Below the pieces are notes generated by a model. The model saw nothing but the letters and a program-made list of their open reading frames with translations. It searched no databases and was not told the origin of the DNA. Below are positions 35,943-45,084 of a stretch of 64,000 nt of DNA, in pieces. Made by a program: the position numbers and the translations under genes. The stretch comes from Planctomycetota bacterium (GTDB taxonomy: Bacteria > Planctomycetota > PUPC01 > JACPCR01): NCBI GenBank assembly GCA_027625095.1, contig JAQBXN010000005.1, forward strand, positions 22,959 to 86,958. Reading direction: 5' to 3'. Position 1 is the first letter of the stretch; each line of letters opens with the position of its first letter.

Positions 35943-35990
35943 GTAATAACGTAATGACGTAATGACGTAATGACGTAATGACGTAATGAC
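35943..35990. repeat. Octamer tandem repeat (GTAATGAC)x5 plus one degenerate unit
   Basis: GTAATAAC at 35943-35950, then five perfect GTAATGAC units (35951-35990). Lies in the 460-bp gap between the convergent hisD and HD-domain genes. Confidence 0.95.
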
Positions 35991-36163
35991 GAACACGCGA
36001 CCTCCCTTCGGTGGGCGCTTGAGATGCCAGCCTGCTGTAGAAGTCTAAGTGTTTGCAAGCTTACGTATTACACGGTTAAGGTTGAGTTTCTTGTTTTCTT
36101 TGAAAGATTTTGGCTTCCCCATTCGTTGTTTCCTTGAATTCGTTGGAAGCACTTCTCTTCCCT

Positions 36164-36237
36164 TTGGTTGCGGCCTTACGGCTGCGATATGTATTACGTA
36201 TTACGTGGCTCCGATTGGTTGCGGCCAAAGGCTGCCG
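36164..36237. repeat. Twin GC-rich hairpin direct repeat flanking a (GTATTAC)x2 repeat
   Basis: TTGGTTGCGGCC occurs at 36164-36175 and again at 36215-36226. Each copy is followed by a short loop and GGCTGC(G/C), forming a hairpin (GCGGCC/GGCTGC with one G-T pair). GTATTACGTATTACGT lies between them (36191-36206). Confidence 0.6.
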
Positions 36238-36293
36238 TAAGACACCCGCCGGGAATTACGGTCGGACGTTTAGGACGAAGGCTGATAAGGGGC

Positions 36294-36851
36294 TTACTCC
36301 AATCCGAGTGCATTTGCGATCCCCTGCATCGCCTGGATGACGTTGGAGATGTGATCTGAAACCCGCAGCCCCAGGAGTTCCGCACCATCCGTGATGTCCT
36401 CACGTTTGACGGCAGCGGCAAAGGATTTCTGCTTCATCTTTTTCAGAACACTCTTCGCGGTCATGCCACTAAGTTTTTCGGGCCGTACGTATGCCACGGC
36501 CATGATAAAGCCGCATAGCTCATCAACTGCAAACAGCGCCTTCCGAATCAACGTGTCGCGAGGGTAGTCCTCAAGATTCCATTCAGCATGCGAGAGAATG
36601 GCTCCAATGATTTCTTCAGCAACGCCCAGCTCACGCAGAAGTTTGCCGCCTTCCTGAGTGTGTTCTGGTGGTTCTGGCCAACGTTCATAATCGAAATCGT
36701 GAAGCAGGCCAGTCAAGGCCCATTTGTCCTGATCTTCGTTCAGCTTCTCCGCATAAAATCGCATGGCCGCCTCCACCGCTACGGCATGTTTGATCAGCGA
36801 TTCGGATTTAGTGTATTCCTGGAGCAAAGCGAATGCTTTGTCGCGATTCAT
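36294..36851 (-). CDS. HD/HDIG domain phosphohydrolase
   Basis: 185 aa. H...HD metal-binding pattern (LIKHAVAVEAAMRFYA ... GLLHDFDYE ... ILSHAEW). Confidence 0.75.
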   Translation of the reverse strand: MNRDKAFALLQEYTKSESLIKHAVAVEAAMRFYAEKLNEDQDKWALTGLLHDFDYERWPEPPEHTQEGGKLLRELGVAEEIIGAILSHAEWNLEDYPRDTLIRKALFAVDELCGFIMAVAYVRPEKLSGMTAKSVLKKMKQKSFAAAVKREDITDGAELLGLRVSDHISNVIQAMQGIANALGLE

Positions 36852-36945
36852 TGGTTTCTCCCGAGGTTAGATGAACTGTAATTTTTTCTTGAACCTGATA
36901 CCCGATACAGTCAGGGCCTGAATCGTAACAACCACTGCACGCATC

Positions 36946-37854
36946 ATGAAACAAATCTTCCAGAACGGCCTCTCAGCCAACCAACGCCTGCAGTTCGATG
37001 ACGATGGCTTCGTTTTGATAGAAAACGCCTTGGGTGCATCCGAAATCGACAACCTGGTGTCCATAGCTGATCGGCTGCATCAAGAGCATCTTCAACGTGG
37101 ATGCTGCACTCCGGATGAACCTTTCCAAATGCGTGACATTCCCCGGCTGGACAAGGCATTCCTTGAAATGGTTACACATCCCATCATGCTGCCACTGATC
37201 GTAGATGCGATTGGGTTCAACATTCAGATCCGAACCTCGCACATGGATGTACGGCCGCCGCAATCACCCGAAGCAGGCGAGAAGGGGCTCGGCGCAAAGG
37301 ACAGCTTTTTCCCCTGGCATTCGGACGGCCCTAATTTTGGTTGGCCCCAGATAAATGGTCAGATTCCTTTTATGGAGGTGAAAGTTGGTTACTACCTGAC
37401 GGACCTGGCCGAACACAACAGCGGCGCGATTTGCGTGGCCCGTGGCAGCCACAGAGAGTCCGTCTGGATTGAAAGAGATGGTGAGACAATCGTGGATCCT
37501 GATCGCGTCTATGAAGTCAATGTCCGGCCAGGAACAGCGATGCTCTGGCGCACGGCGTTGCTGCATTGCCTCACTCCGAATCTCTCTCCGCTAACACGCA
37601 AGTGTCTCTATTTTGGATATACCCATCGCTGGGTGCGGCCCTCGGATTACATGCACCAGCCGCCCGAACTCATTGAAAACTGCAACCCCATCCAAAGGCA
37701 GCTCCTCGGTGAACTGGGGACAGGTAAGGCCAACTATGTCGGCGATGACCCCAGCATTCAGCCTGTCTCAAGATTTTGGCGACCGGAAGAGGAAGATATT
37801 CCCTTAAAGGCATGGGCGGAAGATCGCGGACTCCCGCAGAAATCTTCATCTTAA
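36946..37854 (+). CDS. Phytanoyl-CoA dioxygenase (PhyH) family oxygenase
   Basis: 302 aa. FDDDGFVLIENAL start, WHSDGP (HxD) and a distal His region (ALLHCLTPN). Confidence 0.75.
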   Translation: MKQIFQNGLSANQRLQFDDDGFVLIENALGASEIDNLVSIADRLHQEHLQRGCCTPDEPFQMRDIPRLDKAFLEMVTHPIMLPLIVDAIGFNIQIRTSHMDVRPPQSPEAGEKGLGAKDSFFPWHSDGPNFGWPQINGQIPFMEVKVGYYLTDLAEHNSGAICVARGSHRESVWIERDGETIVDPDRVYEVNVRPGTAMLWRTALLHCLTPNLSPLTRKCLYFGYTHRWVRPSDYMHQPPELIENCNPIQRQLLGELGTGKANYVGDDPSIQPVSRFWRPEEEDIPLKAWAEDRGLPQKSSS

Positions 37855-38096
37855 ACTCGCTCGTAATCTCAAATCCTCTGTAACCCCAGCCAGGCACAAC
37901 CAGAGATTCATGCAGTAGATTCACGGGCCTGTTTCGAACCCGTTCAGTCCCATTCGTTGGGCCGACGAAATTGGCCGCGGCACGCTGGGAGAAGCCGAGA
38001 TAAAGAGTGAGACTGAGATAAAGAGTGGGTTGGTCTCTTTGAACTGGACAGACGCACTGGTACTATCCCCGCCTTCCAACCCACCAGACTCATCGA

Positions 38097-38657
38097 GTGT
38101 TCCATATGAAACTGCCAATGCTTCCCATCCTTTTCGCTTTGGGTACTGCCATCTGCTGGGGGCTCTACGGCCCAACCCTCGCCAATGCCAGGAGCCCGGA
38201 AAAACTGTGGAGTCCGTTCAAGCCTTACGTAGGGATCGGGTTGGCCTATTTGTTTATTGCCATTGCGGGCGGTCTCATCGCCATGAAAGTCAAAGGGGAC
38301 TCCTTCGAATTCCTGGGTGCACAATCCGCAGCGCTCAAATGGGGATTCGCGGCGGGCACGCTCGGTGCCCTTGGAGCACTCAGCCTCACCTCGGCAATGA
38401 TCTCATTTAATGGCCCGCCGAAGCCCCAAATCGTCATGCCGATCGTTTTTGGCGGAGCGGTAACGCTCGCAGCGATCGTTTCGGTGATTTCTACCAAATC
38501 CAAACCAAACCCCCTCATGGTCCTGGGAATCGCCCTGGTAGCAGTGGGTATTGTTCTTGTTGCCTACTTCACACCGCATGGCCCCCCCGCCAAGAAGCAG
38601 GCGACTCCGGCAGGAACTGCGGTGGAACAACCGACTCTTGATGCTGAGAAATCCTGA
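38097..38657 (+). CDS. Hypothetical integral membrane protein
   Basis: About five hydrophobic helices (LPILFALGTAICWGLYGP, VGIGLAYLFIAIAGGLIAM, and others). The start may be ATG 38106. No family recognised. Confidence 0.5.
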   Translation: MFHMKLPMLPILFALGTAICWGLYGPTLANARSPEKLWSPFKPYVGIGLAYLFIAIAGGLIAMKVKGDSFEFLGAQSAALKWGFAAGTLGALGALSLTSAMISFNGPPKPQIVMPIVFGGAVTLAAIVSVISTKSKPNPLMVLGIALVAVGIVLVAYFTPHGPPAKKQATPAGTAVEQPTLDAEKS

Positions 38658-38662
38658 GACAA

Positions 38663-39073
38663 ATGAGCTGTCAGCCATCAGCACCCACCACCAATTCGCC
38701 CGAAGAGGCAATGGAACGCATCAATGCGCTTCTTGCCCATGTCTGGATGGTTCGCACGTTCCTCAAGCATTCCGATGAATTAGAGGAAGACATCGAGCTG
38801 CTGGCCATTCCCCGTGCCCTCTTCGATTATGTGCGCGCCCTTGAAGGATCCTACAGGGATCGCAATATCGAGCGATACCTGAAACTCGCGCGGAATAAGC
38901 TCAAACACATCCAATCTGCATCCGAGCAGTTCACCCAGGAACAACCCGACATATCCGACCACACGAACTTCAAGATGGCCGAGCATTCCCTGAGAACATG
39001 TGTCAAGGACATCGAAATGATTCTGGGATCTGTCGGAACGGTCATGCTGAAGGCCCCTCCAGACGCGTCCTGA
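38663..39073 (+). CDS. Hypothetical helical protein
   Basis: 136-aa ORF, 5 nt downstream of the membrane protein gene. Predicted all-helical. No family recognised. Confidence 0.45.
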   Translation: MSCQPSAPTTNSPEEAMERINALLAHVWMVRTFLKHSDELEEDIELLAIPRALFDYVRALEGSYRDRNIERYLKLARNKLKHIQSASEQFTQEQPDISDHTNFKMAEHSLRTCVKDIEMILGSVGTVMLKAPPDAS

Positions 39074-39268
39074 AACCGCAATCAAACTTGCGGCTCAGCC
39101 ATTTCGGCTGCCGTAACAGGCGGAGCACCTTTCTCAATGTCACGCGGAGAGTCAGCACGTTGGGCTCTTACACCACTTTTGGAGGCAACCAAACTCGGAG
39201 GTCAGAGTAGCCCGCCGGAATTTCACGGAGAGCACCTCAGCGCTGCACGACACTTCCGGGAAGCACCC

Positions 39269-41515
39269 CTACTGTCCATCCATATATAGGTCAGGTACGG
39301 TCCCGGTCTCTGCATCCAGGCCAATACCAAAACTTCGGAAACCGAAATTCTGATGGTCTCTGGCGGGCGTGAGCCATGTCTTGTTGTTGCCGGATCGAAC
39401 AGACGGCTCGGTTGCATCCTGAGCGACCTTGTCCAGGTATTTATCATCCCCGCCGATATCGAGGAGCAAGCCGATCGAGTTTCCGTACAGGCTGTAAGGA
39501 CCATATTGATACGCAGGCGCAGCATAAGATTGAAGGAAACTGGCCTCACCGAATCCTGCACCGTTCTTGCCCAGTACGTAGGTGTCGTTTCCACCGATAT
39601 CGATCAGGAGGGCATTCGAGCGAATCTGGGCGTTGCCGATGCTGATACGATTGGCCTCGTATCTGTCGTCCCCCCCTTTGGCGATCAGGAGCGCTACGGT
39701 GAAGTCCCAACCAAAGGCCAGGCCGGCCCCTGAAGTCTCACGCAGGACGTGTTTATCATTCCCACCCTCATCAATGATGACCCCGATGGCAAAGTGCGCG
39801 CCCGACGCCTGAGTAAAATAGACGCTCGTATATGTGTCATCGCCGTCCCCATCATAAAGAATACCCGTGCCGAACCAGTAACCGGTTCCGATAGACCAGT
39901 TTCCTGATTCGTACTTGTCATTCCCGGCGATATCAATAAGCGCGCCCAAACCTCCTGCCCAGGCATGCCCGTGTGAACCGTCCGCCCTCATGCCTGCGCC
40001 ACAGCCCTGCGCCTGGCTGACCGTTATCTTGTTCTCCGAATGGTAATCAGGGCGGCCTGCCTTCGCCGAATCAGGTTCGGCGGTGTAGGTGTCATTACCG
40101 GTGACATTCGCCAGCACGCCGACTCCTCCCGTGCCGCCGAATCCCTGGCCGTCACCGAGAAGATAAAACATGTCGTCACCTGTGGCGTCCAGATGCAAGC
40201 CGATACCGAAGTAGCCGGCCCCCTGCCCAGAGTAACCGAGTGTATACTTGTCATTCCCAGCGTAATCGGCGAGCAAACCAAGGCCGAACAACCCAAAGCC
40301 CTGGGCGCCTTTCCTGGCCTCGTAAGTATCATCTCCTGCGAGATCCAGCAGGACGCCAGCCCCGAAGATGCCCGCACCTTGGGAACTACTCTTCTCCCCT
40401 TCAGTTTTATAAATGTCGTTGCCCGCCAAATCGATAGCGATGGAGATAGGAACATCCAGAGTCGTCGCCCCAACACCGCCACCATAGGTGTCATTGCCGC
40501 CCAAATCGATCACAATTGCTGCATCGGTGGCGTCGTGTTGATCATCGCCTGTTCCCGACAAGAGGACCATGCCTATCGGAGTCGGAATCTTGACTGAAAC
40601 ATCCTTAAAAGCATCAGGATTGGCGGCCACCAATGTTTTCAACTCTCGTCCGGCGTCATGCGCTGCCTGCACCGCCTTTTGCGCTGCGTAATAGAGCGAA
40701 GGTTCGTCAAGATCCTTTGCTACGTCATCGACCTGGTAGGGATAGGCCTGCCCGTCAGAGGAATGGCCGTGGAAATCGCGCATGCTGAAGACGTCTCGAA
40801 GGTGCTCCGCTTTAACATTCCGAAGCGCCAGTTTGCGCCACTGCCAGGCGTCAATGACATTCAACAGTAACGAAGCCACGATAATTTCGAGTTTCGGATC
40901 CATACCTTTTATCTGAAGGCGAATATCTGCTTCATAATCCGGCCAGTCTGCTTTCTTGCCAAAAACGATCGTTCGCATCTTGCCGCCGGACGCATCGTAG
41001 GCGCGGCGAACCGCATCGATGAGTGGCGCCTCCCCTGCCGGCTGAGGGTCGAGATTTGCGCTGTAGCCCCTAAAGATCCCGACCTTGTGGTCGATTCCCA
41101 GGAAATAAACCAACCTGAAGAGGGAATCATTCTTCTTCTCGAACTGCTCAAGCGAAAGCAGATCCCTGACCGCCTGTGACATGACCATGGTAAAGTCATA
41201 TGTCCTCAGCGGTTCGGCAAACAGGGAATCAAAGAAATGGAGCTTATGCGGAACTCGTGACGGATTCGGAAAGCGAGACCAATAGCCTTTCGGATGGAAC
41301 CCAAGGTCATTCTTGGTCAAACCGACGGTCTTTAAAGCCTCTGCCAGTTGGTCTGGCTTCGCCGGTTCGGAACAGAGCTGGGACAGACAAAGTGTCAGGA
41401 GAGTTACCTGTGTCAAGTTCTTCATTTCTGTTACCACCTGTTGGAGGATCGTTTGCAGGCCGATATCGGCCCCTAAATCATTTTGCGCTTGAATCTCGAT
41501 TCTTCTATCTTCCAT
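39269..41515 (-). CDS. Exported repeat protein: N-terminal domain + at least 12 G(N/D)D-x-Y beta-solenoid-like repeats
   Basis: The likely start is ATG 41425 (MKNLTQVTLLTLCLSQLCSEP signal peptide). The repeats run from about aa 318 to 693 of the ORF-track protein: GGNDTY, AGNDIY, AGDDTY, AGNDKY, TGDDMF, TGNDTY, AGNDKY, DGDDTY, GGNDKH, GGDDRY, GGNDTY, GGDDKY. Each is preceded by a Gly-rich GxGxxGxGxLxD segment. Confidence 0.6.
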   Translation of the reverse strand: MEDRRIEIQAQNDLGADIGLQTILQQVVTEMKNLTQVTLLTLCLSQLCSEPAKPDQLAEALKTVGLTKNDLGFHPKGYWSRFPNPSRVPHKLHFFDSLFAEPLRTYDFTMVMSQAVRDLLSLEQFEKKNDSLFRLVYFLGIDHKVGIFRGYSANLDPQPAGEAPLIDAVRRAYDASGGKMRTIVFGKKADWPDYEADIRLQIKGMDPKLEIIVASLLLNVIDAWQWRKLALRNVKAEHLRDVFSMRDFHGHSSDGQAYPYQVDDVAKDLDEPSLYYAAQKAVQAAHDAGRELKTLVAANPDAFKDVSVKIPTPIGMVLLSGTGDDQHDATDAAIVIDLGGNDTYGGGVGATTLDVPISIAIDLAGNDIYKTEGEKSSSQGAGIFGAGVLLDLAGDDTYEARKGAQGFGLFGLGLLADYAGNDKYTLGYSGQGAGYFGIGLHLDATGDDMFYLLGDGQGFGGTGGVGVLANVTGNDTYTAEPDSAKAGRPDYHSENKITVSQAQGCGAGMRADGSHGHAWAGGLGALIDIAGNDKYESGNWSIGTGYWFGTGILYDGDGDDTYTSVYFTQASGAHFAIGVIIDEGGNDKHVLRETSGAGLAFGWDFTVALLIAKGGDDRYEANRISIGNAQIRSNALLIDIGGNDTYVLGKNGAGFGEASFLQSYAAPAYQYGPYSLYGNSIGLLLDIGGDDKYLDKVAQDATEPSVRSGNNKTWLTPARDHQNFGFRSFGIGLDAETGTVPDLYMDGQ

Positions 41516-41600
41516 ACAACAACACCGAAGCCCAATCCAATCCTGGCGTTAGGCTGGGCAAACACTTTAAGTCATAGCTCACCCAACAACCTTCAACACT

Positions 41601-42383
41601 ATGTCCAATCTTTTAATACTTACCCCGGAACAGAAGAAGTTCTACGATGAGAACGGGTTCCTCCATCTGCCTGGTTTTTACTCCGAAGATGAAGTCCGAG
41701 CACTTCGTGATGAATTTCACACGATGATTACGGAGACAGAGGGACGGCCGAAGAACATGAGCATTTCTTTTATGAAACAGGCCGAGGGGTATGAGATTGA
41801 TCCTTTCAATCCCAAAAACGTCTCGGGCATGATGGATCATGTGCTTGCCAGCGATTTCTGGTTCGACCATTTTGCCGAGCCGCGTATCGTCAGTGTGTTA
41901 GTGGATTTGATGGGGCCGAACATCGACTTTCACAACGGCAAGGTTCGTAACAAACCGCCCGGTTTCAAATGCGACCAAAGCTGGCACCAGGATTTTCCAT
42001 ACGAACGGCATTCAAAGCCGGAACTTGCTGCGGCACTCACCTATCTTGATGAGACGGATTTTGAGGCAGGCGCCACCGAGATTGTTCCAGGCAGCCATTT
42101 AAAAGGAGAGTGGGAAAGTTTCGATGGCACGCGCATCAAGGATGAAAACGTCGAAGAAGGCAGTTGGGTAGTCTGCAAGGCCCAGCCCGGCGACGTAGCC
42201 ATCATCAGCGTGCTCGTGGTTCATCGTGCCGGACACAATTACACCAACATAGCGCGGCACGCGATCATCAATGAATACAAGACCATGGAAACGGTAGACC
42301 AATGGAACAATCGATGCGCTCTGGCCGGTCTTCCTCTGGCAAGGAACGGAAAACCGCTATGGGAGAAGATCCAAAACCGGTGA
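41601..42383 (+). CDS. Phytanoyl-CoA dioxygenase (PhyH) family oxygenase
   Basis: 260 aa. FYDENGFLHLPGFY start, WHQDFPY (HxD) and a distal HRAGHN. Confidence 0.8.
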   Translation: MSNLLILTPEQKKFYDENGFLHLPGFYSEDEVRALRDEFHTMITETEGRPKNMSISFMKQAEGYEIDPFNPKNVSGMMDHVLASDFWFDHFAEPRIVSVLVDLMGPNIDFHNGKVRNKPPGFKCDQSWHQDFPYERHSKPELAAALTYLDETDFEAGATEIVPGSHLKGEWESFDGTRIKDENVEEGSWVVCKAQPGDVAIISVLVVHRAGHNYTNIARHAIINEYKTMETVDQWNNRCALAGLPLARNGKPLWEKIQNR

Positions 42384-42791
42384 AGGGCACTGCGAGTCAA
42401 TCCTCAAGGAAGGTCGGCGAAATGCTTCAACGGCTCATCGAATCTGCCGGGACCTTTTGTAATACCACAGCGCCAGTTTTCCTCGTAACTGTTTTGTAAA
42501 CAAAACCATAAGCTCTCAGGTGCGTCTGGGAGTGGTGGAATGTTGGAGGGCGACATCCGCGGCGGGAGACCGCCATTCAGCAGTATTCCAACACTCCGAT
42601 ACTCCAATGAGGTCTTAGTGCAGGGCGAAGGTATCCGCGATAGCGTGGGTATTTACTACCTCTTTTCTTTTCATGTCCCGCCGGTTAAATTCAACATCTA
42701 CGGCTGGGAGGGATTGAATGCGGAATACCGGAACATCCGAGTCCGGCTCCCGGCGGAAGAAGCAGAAGTTTTTACGGCGGGCTACTGACTG

Positions 42792-43793
42792 TTGGTCACA
42801 GGCCCATCAAAGGAGTTTATCATGCCAAAGATCGGAGTCATCGGAGTCGGCGGAATGGGTTCTGCTCACTGCAGTTCTCTGAAACAGGTCGAACGAGCTG
42901 AATTTGTGGGCGTTTACGATCTGAGCAAAGAAGCGGCGGCGAAGGCGGCGGAGAAGTTTGGAGTCAAGTCTTTTGAATCCGAAGTCGACCTGCTGAACGA
43001 AGTCGACTGCGTCATCGTGGCCACGCCGGGCTTCTACCATACTGACCCGGTAGTGAGCGCGGCGAAAGCGGGAGTGCACGTATTCATCGAAAAGCCAATG
43101 GCCGACAACGTCGAAGACTGCGACAAGATGATCGAGGCGGCGGACGAAGGCGGCGCCATCATCCAGGTTGGAATGGTGCTGCGCTTCTACCCCACGCACG
43201 AGCTTGGCATGAAAATGGTACAGGACGGCATCATCGGCGATCTCGTCTATATCGAGACGGATTACTCAGGCAGTTACCGGGCGCCCCGAGAGAGGCCGGA
43301 AAGCTGGTATGGGAAAATGGGCGGCCTCCTCGAAAACGGAATCCATAAAGTCGACCTCATCAACTGGTTCGGCGGTAATGTGAAAACTGTCGCGGCCGAG
43401 GTGGGCAGCTTCTCCGGCCACGACGACTGGGAAGACTACGTCACTGGATTGATTCGTTACGACACGGACGTTTTTGGCATCCTGCGCTGGGGCGGCTTCA
43501 TGGGCGCCCGCGGCACGACCGATACAATTCTGGATGGTTCGAAGGGCTCACTTCGGATGAGCATCAGTTCCCAGTCGGTGTTCAAGAAACTCCTTGGCGA
43601 AAACGATTGGACGGAAATCGTCCCCGAAGACCAGAAGCGGAACAACGTTGCCGCTGAAGTGCAGCATTTCATCGATTGCGTCGAAGAAGGAAAGACCCCC
43701 ATCATCGACGGTCGACAGGGCAGGGCCTCCGTCGAGCTGGTGCATGCGATATATCAGTCGGCCAGGAATGGAGAGAAGGTACGGCTGGGATAG
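42792..43793 (+). CDS. Cytoplasmic Gfo/Idh/MocA family oxidoreductase
   Basis: The likely start is ATG 42822, preceded by AGGAG (MPKIGVIGVGGMGSAH). Core motifs: CVIVATPGFYHTDPVVSAAKAGVHVFIEKP. Confidence 0.85.
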   Translation: MVTGPSKEFIMPKIGVIGVGGMGSAHCSSLKQVERAEFVGVYDLSKEAAAKAAEKFGVKSFESEVDLLNEVDCVIVATPGFYHTDPVVSAAKAGVHVFIEKPMADNVEDCDKMIEAADEGGAIIQVGMVLRFYPTHELGMKMVQDGIIGDLVYIETDYSGSYRAPRERPESWYGKMGGLLENGIHKVDLINWFGGNVKTVAAEVGSFSGHDDWEDYVTGLIRYDTDVFGILRWGGFMGARGTTDTILDGSKGSLRMSISSQSVFKKLLGENDWTEIVPEDQKRNNVAAEVQHFIDCVEEGKTPIIDGRQGRASVELVHAIYQSARNGEKVRLG

Positions 43794-44157
43794 ACAACTG
43801 AAACGAGCCGGAAAGCGGTTCAAACCTACTGCAAACTTCATCGCTGGTAAGCTCATTTAGATCAGAAGACTAACGCGCAAGGCCTCTCTCAACTTCTTGT
43901 TCATCTTCAGGGAGAGAGAGAAGGGAGACCAAGATCAGATCTATTTTTAAGTTTTAGATTGCCTTGGCGGCATGGCCACCATAGTTTGCTGTCGATTTGA
44001 GACTAGTTTCATGTCACATCTTCGACATTGCCGGCCGCCAAGGTTCGAGGAGAAGGACATCTGAAGAAGGATAGGAAGCTGAGCGCCCTGGTCGCCAAGC
44101 AGGTCATGATTTAAAAAGCGATCCCCAAATCCGTCGATTAAATTTCGCGGGGCTTCC

Positions 44158-44991
44158 TCAATACGGCGCCACGAAAAGAACGACCAAATCCCACAGCAAG
44201 TGACACAGATAGGCTGGCACCAGGCTGCGAAATCGTAACGTCATCAGGCCCCAGAACGTTCCCATAGCCAGCGCTGCCATCACGACCAACAGCGAACCTG
44301 TGGCGATGTGGCCGATAGCGAAGACAACACCCCCCATCACGCTGCCTGTAATTGGCCCGTAGGCTGCAGCGAGCGGAACAGTGATCGCGCCGCGCCAGAG
44401 GATTTCTTCGCCGGGAATGATGATGAAAACGAGGAGCAGTAAGGCGAACATCGTACCTACCTGGTCCTTCCACGCGTAGATGTCTTTCGTCTGCTGTTGG
44501 AGTTCCGGCAGCAATAATCCAAGGACTGAAAATCCTGCCCAACCCAGACCATACAGAATCGCCGCAGCAACCGGCCCTGATGCGAGATGCTTCCATTCGG
44601 GATGCACCAGTTCGCTCCACCGGATCTTGATCGTGATGACGGCGAGCGGGCACGCCACGACATAGAAGAGCGCCATCCTAAACCAGACGTTTGGTATCAG
44701 GAACGTCTGAACTGAAAGCACAGCAATCGAAAGGAGGCCAAGCGCGAGGACAGATCTGAACGAAGGATTTTCTTCCTTGAGCCAGGCATCGGCCCCCGGA
44801 AAGAGAAGGGCTTGAAATTTATGGATCGTGTGCATTCGGGTAAAACCGCAATTTTGATGGGCGCTTAACTCGGTGAGGAAAGATAAAATCTCAGCCCTCA
44901 GACTTACGTCCTGGCTGTTGCCCAATTTTTCCACTCTTGAAAGTCTGCGCGTGGTGCGTGTAATTGGTGGGACAATCGTCTCGCTTGCCAT
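44158..44991 (-). CDS. CPBP family (CAAX/Abi-type) intramembrane metalloprotease
   Basis: Multi-TM protein with the EEILWRG, FAIGH and HLLWD motifs. The true start may be internal (for example MHTIHKF). Confidence 0.75.
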   Translation of the reverse strand: MASETIVPPITRTTRRLSRVEKLGNSQDVSLRAEILSFLTELSAHQNCGFTRMHTIHKFQALLFPGADAWLKEENPSFRSVLALGLLSIAVLSVQTFLIPNVWFRMALFYVVACPLAVITIKIRWSELVHPEWKHLASGPVAAAILYGLGWAGFSVLGLLLPELQQQTKDIYAWKDQVGTMFALLLLVFIIIPGEEILWRGAITVPLAAAYGPITGSVMGGVVFAIGHIATGSLLVVMAALAMGTFWGLMTLRFRSLVPAYLCHLLWDLVVLFVAPY

Positions 44992-45084
44992 ACCAGCCGA
45001 AACAAGTGTCCTACGGGCAAGAACTTTGAGGTTTCCGCTGAAACTTTCGTCTTGGACTACCCGCCAACTCCTTTCACTACGAAT

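Noticed and set aside
35943-35990. Possible CRISPR array (also considered for 62870..62911)
   Set aside because: The units are only 7-8 nt, directly tandem with no spacers, and no cas genes lie in the window. These are microsatellite-type repeats, not CRISPR.
42540-42788. 82-aa ORF in the gap upstream of the third Gfo/Idh/MocA gene
   Set aside because: It has no RBS, no recognisable family, and its first third is low-complexity. The C-terminal half looks vaguely protein-like, but I cannot support it as a gene without homology evidence.
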